This document shows positions 40,444 through 50,505 of a DNA stretch of 64,000 bases, piece by piece. The notes beneath the pieces are model-generated. The model saw only the letters and a program-made list of their open reading frames with translations. It was not told the origin of the DNA and searched no databases. This DNA comes from Cyanophyceae cyanobacterium (GTDB taxonomy: Bacteria; Cyanobacteriota; Cyanobacteriia; Cyanobacteriales; JBHJGN01), in the NCBI GenBank assembly GCA_050331735.1, contig JBHJGN010000031.1, positions 1-64,000 of the forward strand, written 5' to 3'. The translations under genes and the position numbers were made by a program. Position 1 is the stretch's first letter. Each line of letters starts with the position of its first letter.

Positions 40444-41361
40444 GTGACTGAAACCAGACAACAGGCTGAAGCTGTGCGTCAGTTTAACCGCTTTTACACT
40501 CAGCAAATCGGGGTGCTCCAGGAAGGATTGCTCAACAGCCCCTATTCGCTCACGGAAGCCCGAATTCTTTATGAACTGGAGCATCTGCAAGAGACAACGG
40601 CAACCAAACTCAGCGACCAGTTGAGCTTAGATGCAGGCTACTTAAGCCGGATTCTGCGGCGTTTCCAGAAAGACGGACTGCTCGATAAAAAGCGCTCGCC
40701 AACGGACGGGCGACAAAGTACTTTGTCCCTGACCGCTCAAGGACAGGAAGCGTTTACGATGCTCGATCGGCGATCGCGCCAAGAAATTGAGGGACTGCTG
40801 CAACAACTCTCCTTAGAAGAGCGCCAACGTTTGCTTAAAGCAATGCAGGCTATTCAAACGCTCCTCAGCAGTAATCAACAGCTCCCCTCTCTTCTGCGCC
40901 CCCATCAACCGGGCGATATGGGCTGGATTGTTCATCGACACGCTGTTATTTACAGTGAGGAATATGGCTGGAATGATCAGTTTGAGGCGCTGGTTGCCGA
41001 AATTGTGGCCGCCTTTATCAGAAATTATGCTCCCCGAAAAGAGCGGTGCTGGATTGCAGAGATGGATGGGGAAAATGTTGGTTGTGTATTTGTTGTCAAG
41101 CAGTCTGAAACCATTGCCAAACTGCGCTTGCTGTTGGTGGAGCCAAGAGCGAGAGGACTGGGGATTGGTACGCGCCTAATCGATGAAAGCATTAAATTTG
41201 CGCGTCGTTCTGGCTACCAGAAACTAACGCTATGGACGAACAGTGTTTTACAAACAGCTCGGCATCTCTATCAAAAAGCCGGGTTCAGGCTCGTTGCTGA
41301 AAACGCTCATCACAGCTTTGGGTGTCAGCTAGTGGGTCAAACCTGGGAGCGAGAGCTTTGA
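40444..41361 (+). CDS. bifunctional MarR-type HTH regulator / GNAT acetyltransferase
   Basis: VRQFNRFYT, LDAGYLSRIL, DGRQ (MarR); LRLLLVEPRARGLGIG, LWTN..L..AR.LY...GF (GNAT). Confidence 0.92.
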   Translation: MTETRQQAEAVRQFNRFYTQQIGVLQEGLLNSPYSLTEARILYELEHLQETTATKLSDQLSLDAGYLSRILRRFQKDGLLDKKRSPTDGRQSTLSLTAQGQEAFTMLDRRSRQEIEGLLQQLSLEERQRLLKAMQAIQTLLSSNQQLPSLLRPHQPGDMGWIVHRHAVIYSEEYGWNDQFEALVAEIVAAFIRNYAPRKERCWIAEMDGENVGCVFVVKQSETIAKLRLLLVEPRARGLGIGTRLIDESIKFARRSGYQKLTLWTNSVLQTARHLYQKAGFRLVAENAHHSFGCQLVGQTWEREL

Positions 41362-41431
41362 AGAAATATCTCTGAAAGCGCTATCCTGTAATCAGTTCGG
41401 TCCTTATTTTGAGAAAATTATTTAAGATTTT

Positions 41432-42898
41432 ATGTTTGAAGCCCTCGCAGATCGTTTAGAAGACGCTTGGAAAAAGGTCCGCGGCCAGGACAAGGTTTCC
41501 CAATCTAATATTCAGGAAGCGCTCAAAGAAGTTCGTCGCGCCCTGCTAGCGGCTGATGTCAACCTCCAGGTCGTAAAAACCTTCATCACAGAGGTAGAGG
41601 AGAAGGCTCTGGGTGCAGAAGTCATTTCTGGGGTCAATCCCGGTCAACAGTTTATCAAAATTGTCTATGACGAACTTGTTAAAGTGATGGGGGAAAGCCA
41701 TGCTCCCCTCGCTCAGGCAGAATCTCCGCCTACTGTTGTGCTGATGGCCGGTTTACAGGGAACCGGTAAGACGACCGCCACGGCGAAGCTTGCTCTCCAC
41801 CTCAAGAAACAGGAGCGTAGCTGCCTGATGGTAGCCACCGACGTGTATCGACCAGCCGCCATTGACCAGCTCATTACCCTCGGTCAACAGATTGATATTC
41901 CAGTCTTTGAACTAGGAACGGATGTCAATCCCGTAGAAATTGCTCGTCAAGGAGTTGCCCAAGCGCGAGCGACCGGAGTTGATACGGTGATTATCGACAC
42001 CGCTGGACGCCTGCAAATCGACCCGGAAATGATGGGAGAATTAGCCCAAATCAAAGCAGCCATCGAACCGGACGATACCCTACTTGTTGTCGATGCCATG
42101 ACGGGACAGGAAGCTGCCAACCTTACCCGCACTTTCTCTGAAGAAATCGGCATTACCGGGGCCATTCTCACTAAATTAGATGGGGATAGTCGAGGCGGTG
42201 CTGCCCTCTCGGTACGACAGGTATCCGGTCAGCCGATCAAGTTTGTGGGGGTTGGGGAAAAAGTCGAAGCGCTGCAACCATTTTACCCCGATCGCCTGGC
42301 CTCCCGCATTCTCAACATGGGCGACGTGCTTACCCTGGTCGAAAAAGCTCAGGAAGAACTCGATCTCTCTGATGTCGAGAGCATGCAGTCGAAGATTTTA
42401 GAAGCTAAATTCGATTTTAATGATTTTCTCAAGCAGATGCGGCTGCTCAAAAATATGGGCTCACTCGGTGGCGTTCTCAAGCTGATCCCAGGGATGAACA
42501 AGCTCAGTAGTTCGGATCTCGAAAAAGGCGAAGATCAGCTCAAGCGCACAGAGGCGATGATTAACTCTATGACCAGAGCAGAACGGACAGAGCCGGAGTT
42601 ACTAGCCTCTTCGCCGAGTCGCCGTCGCCGCGTTGCTAAAGGGTCTGGCTATGACGACCGCGAGGTTTCTAAACTGGTAAGCGACTTTACCCGAATGCGG
42701 ACGATGATGCAGCAGATGGGGCAAGGTGGAATGCCTGCCATGCCCGGAATTGGCGGCATGGGAGGAATGGGGGGTTTGGGCGGTATGTTTGGAGGCGGCA
42801 TGGGCAATGCGCCTCGTCCTGGCTTTCGCGGCTATGCTGGTGGCAATAAAAAGAAAAAGAAGAAAGGCAAAAAAAAGAAAGGTTTTGGCAATCTCTAG
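41432..42898 (+). CDS. ffh: signal recognition particle protein
   Basis: GLQGTGKTT, DTAGR, TKLDGD; Met-rich M domain. Confidence 0.97.
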   Translation: MFEALADRLEDAWKKVRGQDKVSQSNIQEALKEVRRALLAADVNLQVVKTFITEVEEKALGAEVISGVNPGQQFIKIVYDELVKVMGESHAPLAQAESPPTVVLMAGLQGTGKTTATAKLALHLKKQERSCLMVATDVYRPAAIDQLITLGQQIDIPVFELGTDVNPVEIARQGVAQARATGVDTVIIDTAGRLQIDPEMMGELAQIKAAIEPDDTLLVVDAMTGQEAANLTRTFSEEIGITGAILTKLDGDSRGGAALSVRQVSGQPIKFVGVGEKVEALQPFYPDRLASRILNMGDVLTLVEKAQEELDLSDVESMQSKILEAKFDFNDFLKQMRLLKNMGSLGGVLKLIPGMNKLSSSDLEKGEDQLKRTEAMINSMTRAERTEPELLASSPSRRRRVAKGSGYDDREVSKLVSDFTRMRTMMQQMGQGGMPAMPGIGGMGGMGGLGGMFGGGMGNAPRPGFRGYAGGNKKKKKKGKKKKGFGNL

Positions 42899-42952
42899 TC
42901 CCTAATTTTTTCCGAATGAGTTTAGAATCGTAAAGGAGAATTTTTAGATCCT

Positions 42953-43204
42953 ATGGTAAAACTGCGGTTAAAGAAATTAGGCAAAAAACGGGAAGCAAGC
43001 TATCGAATCGTCGCTGTTAAAAGCACGAGTCGCCGAGATGGTCGTCCTCTAGAAGAATTAGGCTTTTACAACCCTAGAACCGACGAAACTCGCCTCAATG
43101 TGCCAGCAATTGTTAAGAGACTAAAAGACGGCGCTCAGCCGACAGAGACGGTGCGCAGTATTTTGAGAAAAGCCAACGTTTTTGAACAAGTCAATGCCTC
43201 CTAA
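42953..43204 (+). CDS. rpsP: 30S ribosomal protein S16
   Basis: MVKLRLK...YRIV...[13 protein letters not shown]. Confidence 0.97.
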   Translation: MVKLRLKKLGKKREASYRIVAVKSTSRRDGRPLEELGFYNPRTDETRLNVPAIVKRLKDGAQPTETVRSILRKANVFEQVNAS

Positions 43205-43571
43205 AAGAGCGACTTTTTCTCCTCAAGTTGGAAGCACTGGCCCTAATTATAATCAGCTAGTGAAATTTCTCATTGAGCCTTTTCTCGAATCGCCAGAGTC
43301 TCTGAAAACCCATTGCGAACGGATCAGCAGCAGTCAGCGCGTCTGGATTCGGGTGGCTTTTGAAGGGGCTGACAAGGGACGAGTTTTTGGACGGGGTGGA
43401 CGGAATATCCAGGCTATCCGAGCCGTGCTCAAGGCAGCGGCGGAGGCAGCAGGAGACTCTGTTTATTTAGATATCCATGGAAGCCACAGCAGCCAGTCTT
43501 CTCGAGACGGCAGTCGAAATGGAAAATCAGAGCGCTCCCGACGCGATCGCTCCTCGGTTGCCAAAGGCTAA
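43194..43571 (+). CDS. KH-domain RNA-binding protein (KhpA-like)
   Basis: [17 protein letters not shown]; conserved position after rpsP. Confidence 0.88.
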   Translation: MPPKRATFSPQVGSTGPNYNQLVKFLIEPFLESPESLKTHCERISSSQRVWIRVAFEGADKGRVFGRGGRNIQAIRAVLKAAAEAAGDSVYLDIHGSHSSQSSRDGSRNGKSERSRRDRSSVAKG

Positions 43572-43596
43572 TGGCAAGGGTTTTGCTGAATCCTGA

Positions 43597-44607
43597 TTAA
43601 ATTAGGGCGCTGTGGTTAAGCCGCTCTAAGGATTGCCAAACAGCCTGCAACAGGGGATCAAGACCCGCTCGAGTGACGGCTGAGATGGCAAAAACGGGAG
43701 CTGAGGTAAGCTGGGCCAATTCTTCAGCGACGAGGATGTTTATCTCTGGCTCTGCCGCATCTAACTTGTTCAGCACGATAAGTTGGGGGCGCTGCTCTAG
43801 TCCTCGTCCGTAGGCTTGCAGCTCTTGTTGAATCACCTGGTAATCGGCTATGGGATCGGCAGACGTTAAATCAATAACGTGCAGCAGAATGCGGGTCCGT
43901 TCGATATGCCGGAGAAAATCGTAGCCCAGACCCACGCCGACATGGGCTCCCTCAATCAGTCCAGGAATATCGGCAAACACCGTTCCATCTCCGGTCGGTT
44001 TACGGACGACTCCCAAATTAGGAATCAGAGTGGTAAACGGATAGTCAGCGATTTTCGGGCGAGCTGAAGACAGAGCCGCAATTAACGTCGATTTGCCAGC
44101 ATTGGGTAGGCCAATAATACCAACCTCAGCAAGCAGCTTCAATTCCAGGCGCAACTGCCTGTGTTCACCCGGTAGCCCAGGGAGGGCGTACTCTGGGGCT
44201 CGATTGCTATTGCTTAAAAAGTGTCGATTGCCTAAACCCCCCTTGCCGCCAGTCGCCACACAAACCGTTTCTCCAGGAGCAACCAGATCCTTTAAGAGCT
44301 TGCCCGTATCCGCTTCAGCAATTAGCGTTCCGCAAGGCACTTCAACGAGCAAATCTTCTCCGGCTGCTCCGGTACAGTTATTGGGGCCGCCTCGTTTACC
44401 ATCCTTAGCTTTGAAGCGGCGCGTATACTTGAAATCTAGCAGCGTTTGTAAATGCTCCACTGCTTTGAAGAATATGGACCCTCCTCGTCCGCCATTTCCG
44501 CCCGCTGGACCTCCAGCCGGAACATACTTTTCCCGGCGGAAGGCGATAATACCATCTCCCCCTTTACCCGCTTCAACTTCGATCACGGCTCGGTCAATAA
44601 ACTGCAT
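43597..44607 (-). CDS. obgE: GTPase Obg
   Basis: [29 protein letters not shown]. Confidence 0.97.
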   Translation of the reverse strand: MQFIDRAVIEVEAGKGGDGIIAFRREKYVPAGGPAGGNGGRGGSIFFKAVEHLQTLLDFKYTRRFKAKDGKRGGPNNCTGAAGEDLLVEVPCGTLIAEADTGKLLKDLVAPGETVCVATGGKGGLGNRHFLSNSNRAPEYALPGLPGEHRQLRLELKLLAEVGIIGLPNAGKSTLIAALSSARPKIADYPFTTLIPNLGVVRKPTGDGTVFADIPGLIEGAHVGVGLGYDFLRHIERTRILLHVIDLTSADPIADYQVIQQELQAYGRGLEQRPQLIVLNKLDAAEPEINILVAEELAQLTSAPVFAISAVTRAGLDPLLQAVWQSLERLNHSALI

Positions 44608-44754
44608 TTCGGAACAATGAGGTACTCAGTATGAAAGTCTCGTAGCAGCAAGAATAGGGAACAGCTTGATGAGGCTAGCCAATGAGCCTGCCGCTAACTT
44701 TTGCTTGCTTCTAGCCTAGCAATTCTTGACTGAGCTGAGCGTTGAGTCCAGCCG

Positions 44755-45426
44755 CTAAATGTACTGGGAAACATCTTCTTCACATTCATCGGCTAGATAA
44801 GATAAAGAGCGAAAGCGCAGGCCAACTAACTGTTCGTACAGAGGATTGAGTTTGCAAAGAGGCGGAATATGAACGATCTTGCGTCCAAATAGCTTGACAT
44901 CTCTTTCAAACGGACACTGGGGCGGAACCATTTTACAAACAAATTTGGCGATGCGCTGGTCTTTGACATCCAAACCGTCAAGCCACTCTTTTACGGGCTG
45001 CAAAATATCTGAATGGGGATAATGAGTGGAACCACTGGAAGCTAACTGGTCGGCTTGGTCTTGCTCAGGATTGTAGAGAGTGTGTTCTAAAGACTTGAGG
45101 GCTTCTACTTTTAATCCCAGAGCATCATTAAACTGCTTGAGAAGTTCGGCTTCAGCAGAGGAATATACCCCATCCGCTACCGCTACCATGACGGCGGTTC
45201 TTAAAAAATCTTCTGCCGCATCTTGTTCCTTTAATTCATCCGCTAACTCTTCTGGCGTAATTGAGCTAAACGGAACATCGGAAACTGCTAGCTCTTGAGT
45301 TAGCTGAGCAATAAGCTCTTGTTCTTCTGGTTCGTATTCTCCATCAGCCCAAGCGATGGTCAGTAAGCCGCGCAGCCAGGCGGTAATTTGGCTATTAGTC
45401 AGGGGGTGAGCGACACAATCCATCAT
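44755..45426 (-). CDS. TerB-like + 'Mo-dependent nitrogenase C-terminal' domain protein
   Basis: AWADG/AVADG TerB-like motifs; PPQCPFERD...IPPLCKLNPLYEQLVGLRFR. Confidence 0.85.
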   Translation of the reverse strand: MMDCVAHPLTNSQITAWLRGLLTIAWADGEYEPEEQELIAQLTQELAVSDVPFSSITPEELADELKEQDAAEDFLRTAVMVAVADGVYSSAEAELLKQFNDALGLKVEALKSLEHTLYNPEQDQADQLASSGSTHYPHSDILQPVKEWLDGLDVKDQRIAKFVCKMVPPQCPFERDVKLFGRKIVHIPPLCKLNPLYEQLVGLRFRSLSYLADECEEDVSQYI

Positions 45427-45539
45427 TTATTAACAAAACTATACAATGTACTCTAGTTCGATCATAGCTCTAGCTCTTCTTCATAGGCTAGAAAAATGAG
45501 CAAAATTGTTAGCTCTTGTTGATAGACCATCAAGCAAAA

Positions 45540-46211
45540 CTACGAGCCTCCAAGCGATCGCCGACCTTCTCTCAACGCCAGGCTGACTGTTGCGGCTCCC
45601 AATACTTTAATGTCATGCCGACGCAGCACTTGGGCTGCCTGTCTGACAGTCGCGCCAGTTGTATACACATCATCAACGAGCAGGACGGGGACCGCTGGAG
45701 GTTGCTGCTGAAATGTTCCTAAGCTAAAGGCATTTCTGAGGTTGCTTTCCCGTTGCTCCCGGCTGAGTTCATACATCGCCTGAGTTTCCCGAGTTCTTAC
45801 CAGTCCGTGGGGCTGAAAGGACGCGTTGGTGTATTGACAAAAACTGCGGGCAATGATGGCTGCCTGGTTGTAGCCCCGCGTCTTTAACTTCTGAGCATGT
45901 AGGGGAATGGGGACAGCAACGCAATGAGAGTTTGCCGAGGTATTGACCCAAGCTTTGGCTAACCAGCAACCGAGAAGCTCTCCGAGCTGAGGGCAGTTAT
46001 GGTATTTCAGGGTGGCAATGGCCCTTTTGAGGGGTCCACGATAGTCACCCCAGGCAAAGAGAGGCAGGTCTCCGTGCCAACAGCAACCCGGTTTGTTCAA
46101 AGCACACTGATAGAGCTGCCGCTGGCAGAATTCACAAATAGATTCTGGGGTAGAACGTTCGCATAAAGCACAGCGGGACTCTAAAAATAAGGACAGCAAA
46201 TTGTTCAACAT
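45540..46211 (-). CDS. comF: ComF family phosphoribosyltransferase-domain protein
   Basis: N-terminal CxxC..CxxC, PIPLH, RGYNQA, LVDDVYTTGAT. Confidence 0.88.
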   Translation of the reverse strand: MLNNLLSLFLESRCALCERSTPESICEFCQRQLYQCALNKPGCCWHGDLPLFAWGDYRGPLKRAIATLKYHNCPQLGELLGCWLAKAWVNTSANSHCVAVPIPLHAQKLKTRGYNQAAIIARSFCQYTNASFQPHGLVRTRETQAMYELSREQRESNLRNAFSLGTFQQQPPAVPVLLVDDVYTTGATVRQAAQVLRRHDIKVLGAATVSLALREGRRSLGGS

Positions 46212-46570
46212 GGTCTTTCAGCAGACAGCAAACTGAAAAAGGATTTAGCGTTCGTTTTCTCCAGAACTTTTGGGAGCGAGAGCCTTGTCAAGGGTGAGCT
46301 GCTGAGGCAAATAACGACTCAATAAACGCTGAATAGAAAAGTTCCAAGCGCTACTTATCCTCCTTGACCTGGAAAGCTGTGGACAAGCGATCACGATTAT
46401 TCTAAATATTAGTTAATCATTGTTCTCCTCGATATTAGTCGTGATGATTAAATCTCTACAAAGATAGCGACTCTTACCCGAGCGCGCTTCTGTGGAACTA
46501 CAGAAAGGAATTGTGTGGAGCTTGCCCCAGTACCGTAACATGGTAAGAAAGAGCTTCATAAATTCGAGCG

Positions 46571-46939
46571 ATGACTTCAACAAATTCAAATAAAACAGAC
46601 AACGATAAGTCTCTCAAGGCGATGAAAAGCTTTTCAGAGCAATATGCCAAGCGAACCGACACTTATTTCTGCGTCGATCCGTCAGTCACTGCCGTTGTTA
46701 TTGAAGGACTGGCACGCCATAAAGATGAATTGGGAGCCCCTTTGTGTCCTTGCCGTCATTATGAAGACAAAGAAGCAGAAGTTAAAAACAGTTTCTGGAA
46801 TTGCCCGTGCGTTCCCATGCGAGAGCGGAAAGAGTGTCACTGCATGCTGTTTATTACCCCTGATAATGAATTTGCTGGCGACAAACAGGAAATTGACCTA
46901 GAAGCGATTAAAGAAGTCCGCGACAGCATGGCTTCTTAG
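46571..46939 (+). CDS. ftrC: ferredoxin-thioredoxin reductase catalytic subunit
   Basis: LCPCRHY, CPCVPM and CHCMLF motifs. Confidence 0.95.
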   Translation: MTSTNSNKTDNDKSLKAMKSFSEQYAKRTDTYFCVDPSVTAVVIEGLARHKDELGAPLCPCRHYEDKEAEVKNSFWNCPCVPMRERKECHCMLFITPDNEFAGDKQEIDLEAIKEVRDSMAS

Positions 46940-46943
46940 AACC

Positions 46944-47357
46944 ATGAACCCGCTACCGTCTTTCTGGCAGGGAGTTAAGGAGTTTAACGGCCAAGAGTTC
47001 TATGCCTGTCACGATACTTTCGAGGCTCTGTGGGTTGAAGCTCCAGAGTCCGACAAGGCTTTTTACCAGGGAATTTTACAAATTGCGGTTGGCTGTTACC
47101 ATCTCGAGAATTACAACTGGCGCGGTGCCGTCATTTTATTGGGAGAAGGAGTCAGAAAACTATGCGATTATCAACCGCATCATCACGGCGTTGATGTCGA
47201 GCGGTTGGTAGACGAAAGTGCTCAGCTCCTGAGAGCCTTGCAGCAGATTGAACCAGAGTCGATCGAGCAGTTTGTTCAGCCACTGACTTCATCTGGGAGC
47301 CACTGTACCGAGTCAGACAGGAATCTTCATCTCCCTCAAATTGTTTCAGTTGCCTAA
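46944..47357 (+). CDS. DUF309 domain protein
   Basis: FYACHDTFEALW, YQGILQIAV..YH. Confidence 0.88.
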   Translation: MNPLPSFWQGVKEFNGQEFYACHDTFEALWVEAPESDKAFYQGILQIAVGCYHLENYNWRGAVILLGEGVRKLCDYQPHHHGVDVERLVDESAQLLRALQQIEPESIEQFVQPLTSSGSHCTESDRNLHLPQIVSVA

Positions 47358-47482
47358 CAAGCTCTACTAACAGGAACTTAGTCGCGCCAGTCACCGTCTA
47401 AAAATGTGAAAACATTAACCCAAATTAGCCTGCTCAAGTCTTTCATACATTTCCATAATTTCGTCACACTAAGCCGCTAGTC

Positions 47483-47935
47483 ATGTTCTGTAGACAATCC
47501 TTAAGGCGCTGCTTCAACCGGCTATGGGCAACAACCGCAGCGATAGCAGTAGTGCTCACCTCTGTTTCGCCTACAGTTGAGGCTCAAACCGATAGCGGTG
47601 CGCTCACTGTCCGTTCGGATATTCAAGAAGCCAATTCTGAAACCGGAGTGATCACGGCCAGAGGGAACGTGCAGATTAACTATCCAGCTCGTCAGATTCA
47701 AGCCACGGCAGCTCAGGCACAATACTTTAGTCGAGAACGTCGCTTAGTGCTTAGTGGCAACGTTTACGTGCTTCAAGAGGGCAACAGTATGCGAGCTGAA
47801 ACGATGACTTATCTAATTGATGAAGGACGCTTCATTGCTACCCCTAAATCCGACCGGCAGGTAGAGTCAACTTATATTGTCTCCGACCCAGACAACGGAG
47901 AGGAGGCTCCTACCATTCCGCCACTGAGTCCCTAA
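47483..47935 (+). CDS. lptA: LptA/OstA family protein
   Basis: Signal peptide; TARGNV and LSGNVYV motifs; upstream of lptB. Confidence 0.85.
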   Translation: MFCRQSLRRCFNRLWATTAAIAVVLTSVSPTVEAQTDSGALTVRSDIQEANSETGVITARGNVQINYPARQIQATAAQAQYFSRERRLVLSGNVYVLQEGNSMRAETMTYLIDEGRFIATPKSDRQVESTYIVSDPDNGEEAPTIPPLSP

Positions 47936-47978
47936 GCCTGACGGTAGCGAGAGTTTCAATTCTACGAGCCTCAAACCT

Positions 47979-48707
47979 GTGACCATTGTTCTCGAGAATA
48001 TCCACAAATCCTACGGCAAAAAAATTGTTGTTAGTCGGGTTAATCTTAAAGTCTCTCGGGGAGAGATTGTTGGATTACTGGGTCCGAACGGAGCGGGCAA
48101 AACCACAATTTTTTATATCGCTACCGGCCTCGTTAAGCCAGACGCAGGCAGAGTTTGGCTGGCTCAACAGGATGTTACGGCGCTATCAATTGACAGACGC
48201 GCTCATTTAGGAATTGGCTATTTAACTCAGCAGCCGAGCATCTTTCGTCATCTGAGCGTTCAAGATAATATTCAACTGGTGCTTGAACAAACGGTTAAAT
48301 CTCCTCGTCTGCGAGATAGCCGGCGGCAAAAGCTGCTGCAAGAATTTCGCCTCGAACAGGTTGCCAATACTAAAGGTTCCTGGGTTTCAGGAGGGGAAAG
48401 ACGACGCACAGAGCTAGCGAGAGCGTTAGCCGTTGGTCAAAGCGGACCAGAATTTTTGCTGCTAGATGAGCCGTTTGCCGGAGTCGATCCCATTGCTGTT
48501 GCCGAAATTCAAAAAATAATTGCTCAGCTTCGCGATCGCTCGATGGGTATTCTGATTACCGATCATAATGTGCGAGAAACCCTCGCTATCACTGACCGCG
48601 CCTATATTATGAGAGACGGTCAAATTCTCGCTTCCGGGACGGCAGAAGAACTTTACAACAATCCACTCGTTCGACAGTACTATCTAGGAGATCACTTTCA
48701 CCTTTAG
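47979..48707 (+). CDS. lptB: LPS export ABC transporter ATP-binding protein
   Basis: GPNGAGKTT, SGGERRR, DEPFAGVDP, ITDHNVRETL, VRQYYLG. Confidence 0.94.
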   Translation: MTIVLENIHKSYGKKIVVSRVNLKVSRGEIVGLLGPNGAGKTTIFYIATGLVKPDAGRVWLAQQDVTALSIDRRAHLGIGYLTQQPSIFRHLSVQDNIQLVLEQTVKSPRLRDSRRQKLLQEFRLEQVANTKGSWVSGGERRRTELARALAVGQSGPEFLLLDEPFAGVDPIAVAEIQKIIAQLRDRSMGILITDHNVRETLAITDRAYIMRDGQILASGTAEELYNNPLVRQYYLGDHFHL

Positions 48708-48710
48708 TTC

Positions 48711-49874
48711 TTAATCAGCTCTGTCTCCTGAGTACTTGTACTGAGGCCACAGCCAATGGTAGATAGAGGTAACGAGCCAAATCACAGCCAGAGGAAAAAT
48801 AACAAACCAGATTGTTCGGTAGTTAATCAGTCCGAACAAGCTAAAGACCGTGCGGGGAATGGGAGTAGTATCCCATAAAACTCCAATCAAGGCTGCCGAA
48901 AACAGTGAACTACTGATGAGAAGGACAGTGGGCATTTTTGCTAGCCAAGTGGGACGAAGCCATCGAGGATAGAAGCGTTCGTAGAGCTGCTGCCAGTCAG
49001 GAAAAGCGGCATAAACGCTAAGCACCGCCGCAAACGGAATACCGAGAAAAAATGTGTTACAGCTATGAAAGATTAGCACAAGACGAAAAATGATCGCCCG
49101 TGCTACACCACTAAACAGGACAAGGATAAAGGCTGTCTCAAACAGCAGCACAATGTATTGAGACGGGACGATTAAAAATCTGGAGCGGGCCAGCAGCAGT
49201 CCGAGAGGATTGACGGGAAAGCCGTTATTGAGGTAGCTAGCAATCCCTTTACTAAGCATGAAGTTGCTAACGTAGTTGGGATTAGTAATCCAGTCTCCTT
49301 CCTTAATTTTGATGACTGCAGACGATAAAAATAGAAAGCTGAGGACTACCATAAGTCCGCGTGATGGCCAAATATAGTGCCAGGATGAGTCATGGGGATG
49401 GGGAACAAACTGACTGCGCCTCTGCTTCAAAAGTGCATCAATTGAGTAAGTGCTCCCCCAATTTGAAAAAAACATAAACAAAGGCACGTAGAAAACAAGC
49501 AGCATCAACGTGTGTTCTCGCAAAAGCAGACTATGGCGCATAACCGCTAAACCAAACCCACAGAGAAATACCAGTAAGGTTGCCGTGCGGGTCCGATAGC
49601 CAACTAGCAGTAATATGAGCGCTGCTGCTAGCATAGATTCTGCCACTAGAAAAATCCCCTGAGGCGGCTGACTCAACCAAAAAAACAGCCTCGACGGATT
49701 CCACTGAGCGGTAGGGATTGTCTCTAATTCAGTAAACTCTAAATAGCTGAAAAACCATAGATAAAAAACACTATAGATAATCCTGTATAAACCTATCCGT
49801 CCAGCCGCATGCTCTGCTGGGGTGCTAAGCCATCTGGAATAGGGGATTTTGATCCCTTGCAGAAATTTAATCAT
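48711..49874 (-). CDS. HTTM / vitamin-K-dependent gamma-carboxylase-like polytopic membrane protein
   Basis: About 9-10 hydrophobic segments; VGYRTR, YSIDA, FLSSAVIKI..GDW, FETAF and IFH motifs. Confidence 0.65.
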   Translation of the reverse strand: MIKFLQGIKIPYSRWLSTPAEHAAGRIGLYRIIYSVFYLWFFSYLEFTELETIPTAQWNPSRLFFWLSQPPQGIFLVAESMLAAALILLLVGYRTRTATLLVFLCGFGLAVMRHSLLLREHTLMLLVFYVPLFMFFSNWGSTYSIDALLKQRRSQFVPHPHDSSWHYIWPSRGLMVVLSFLFLSSAVIKIKEGDWITNPNYVSNFMLSKGIASYLNNGFPVNPLGLLLARSRFLIVPSQYIVLLFETAFILVLFSGVARAIIFRLVLIFHSCNTFFLGIPFAAVLSVYAAFPDWQQLYERFYPRWLRPTWLAKMPTVLLISSSLFSAALIGVLWDTTPIPRTVFSLFGLINYRTIWFVIFPLAVIWLVTSIYHWLWPQYKYSGDRAD

Positions 49875-50392
49875 TTTTTTGAGGAGACGGCGTACTCTTG
49901 AGCTTGAAAACGGCCCACTCTCTTCATGTTGACGGGCTGATCGATTCGGAGAGGCGGATACTCGTCAAAGTTAACATTCCAGGTGAATTGCCAAGCTTCA
50001 ACGGTTTCTACTTCTACACCCAAAATTGCTTCTATCTGTTTAACGAGGGAAGTACGAAATCGTCGCCGTTTTTTAGCACTATTGTCCTCATCAAAGCTGC
50101 TCTGAATAAGATTCTGTCCGGGCCTCTGATTAGATGTATCGTCGTCTAGCGTATAAAGATCCATTGAGCGTAACGAGTGCCATTGCCCACCAGTATCTAA
50201 GATTCTTAGCTCAACACGGTTAGCCGATTGAGGAATTTGATAATTTCCTGCAGAATACAGATCCCAATAAACAAAGGGCCAGTGTTTCTGCTGACCAGAG
50301 GACAGCACCAGCAACAATACTGTCCCCGCAATGAACAGTTCGGCCAAGCGAAGCTGCCGCCGTTTAGTTAGCTGATTATCGCTCAGTTTCAC
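49871..50392 (-). CDS. hypothetical membrane-anchored partner of the HTTM protein
   Basis: N-terminal TM helix followed by HWPFVYWDLYS; its stop overlaps the downstream ATG (ATGA). Confidence 0.7.
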   Translation of the reverse strand: MKLSDNQLTKRRQLRLAELFIAGTVLLLVLSSGQQKHWPFVYWDLYSAGNYQIPQSANRVELRILDTGGQWHSLRSMDLYTLDDDTSNQRPGQNLIQSSFDEDNSAKKRRRFRTSLVKQIEAILGVEVETVEAWQFTWNVNFDEYPPLRIDQPVNMKRVGRFQAQEYAVSSKK

Positions 50393-50505
50393 GCACTCAC
50401 TTACCTCTGTTGAATGTCAGAAACCAAGATCCTACTTCACTCTCTGATTTAACCATTATTTCCCACCGTTAAATTCGTCCCTATAATATGAAACTTAAAG
50501 TTCAT

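Noticed and set aside
42710..42898. Gly/Met and Lys low-complexity tail of Ffh
   Set aside because: Typical of cyanobacterial Ffh.
44755..45426. Nitrogenase-related gene
   Set aside because: The domain name is historical; there are no nif motifs or nif genes here.
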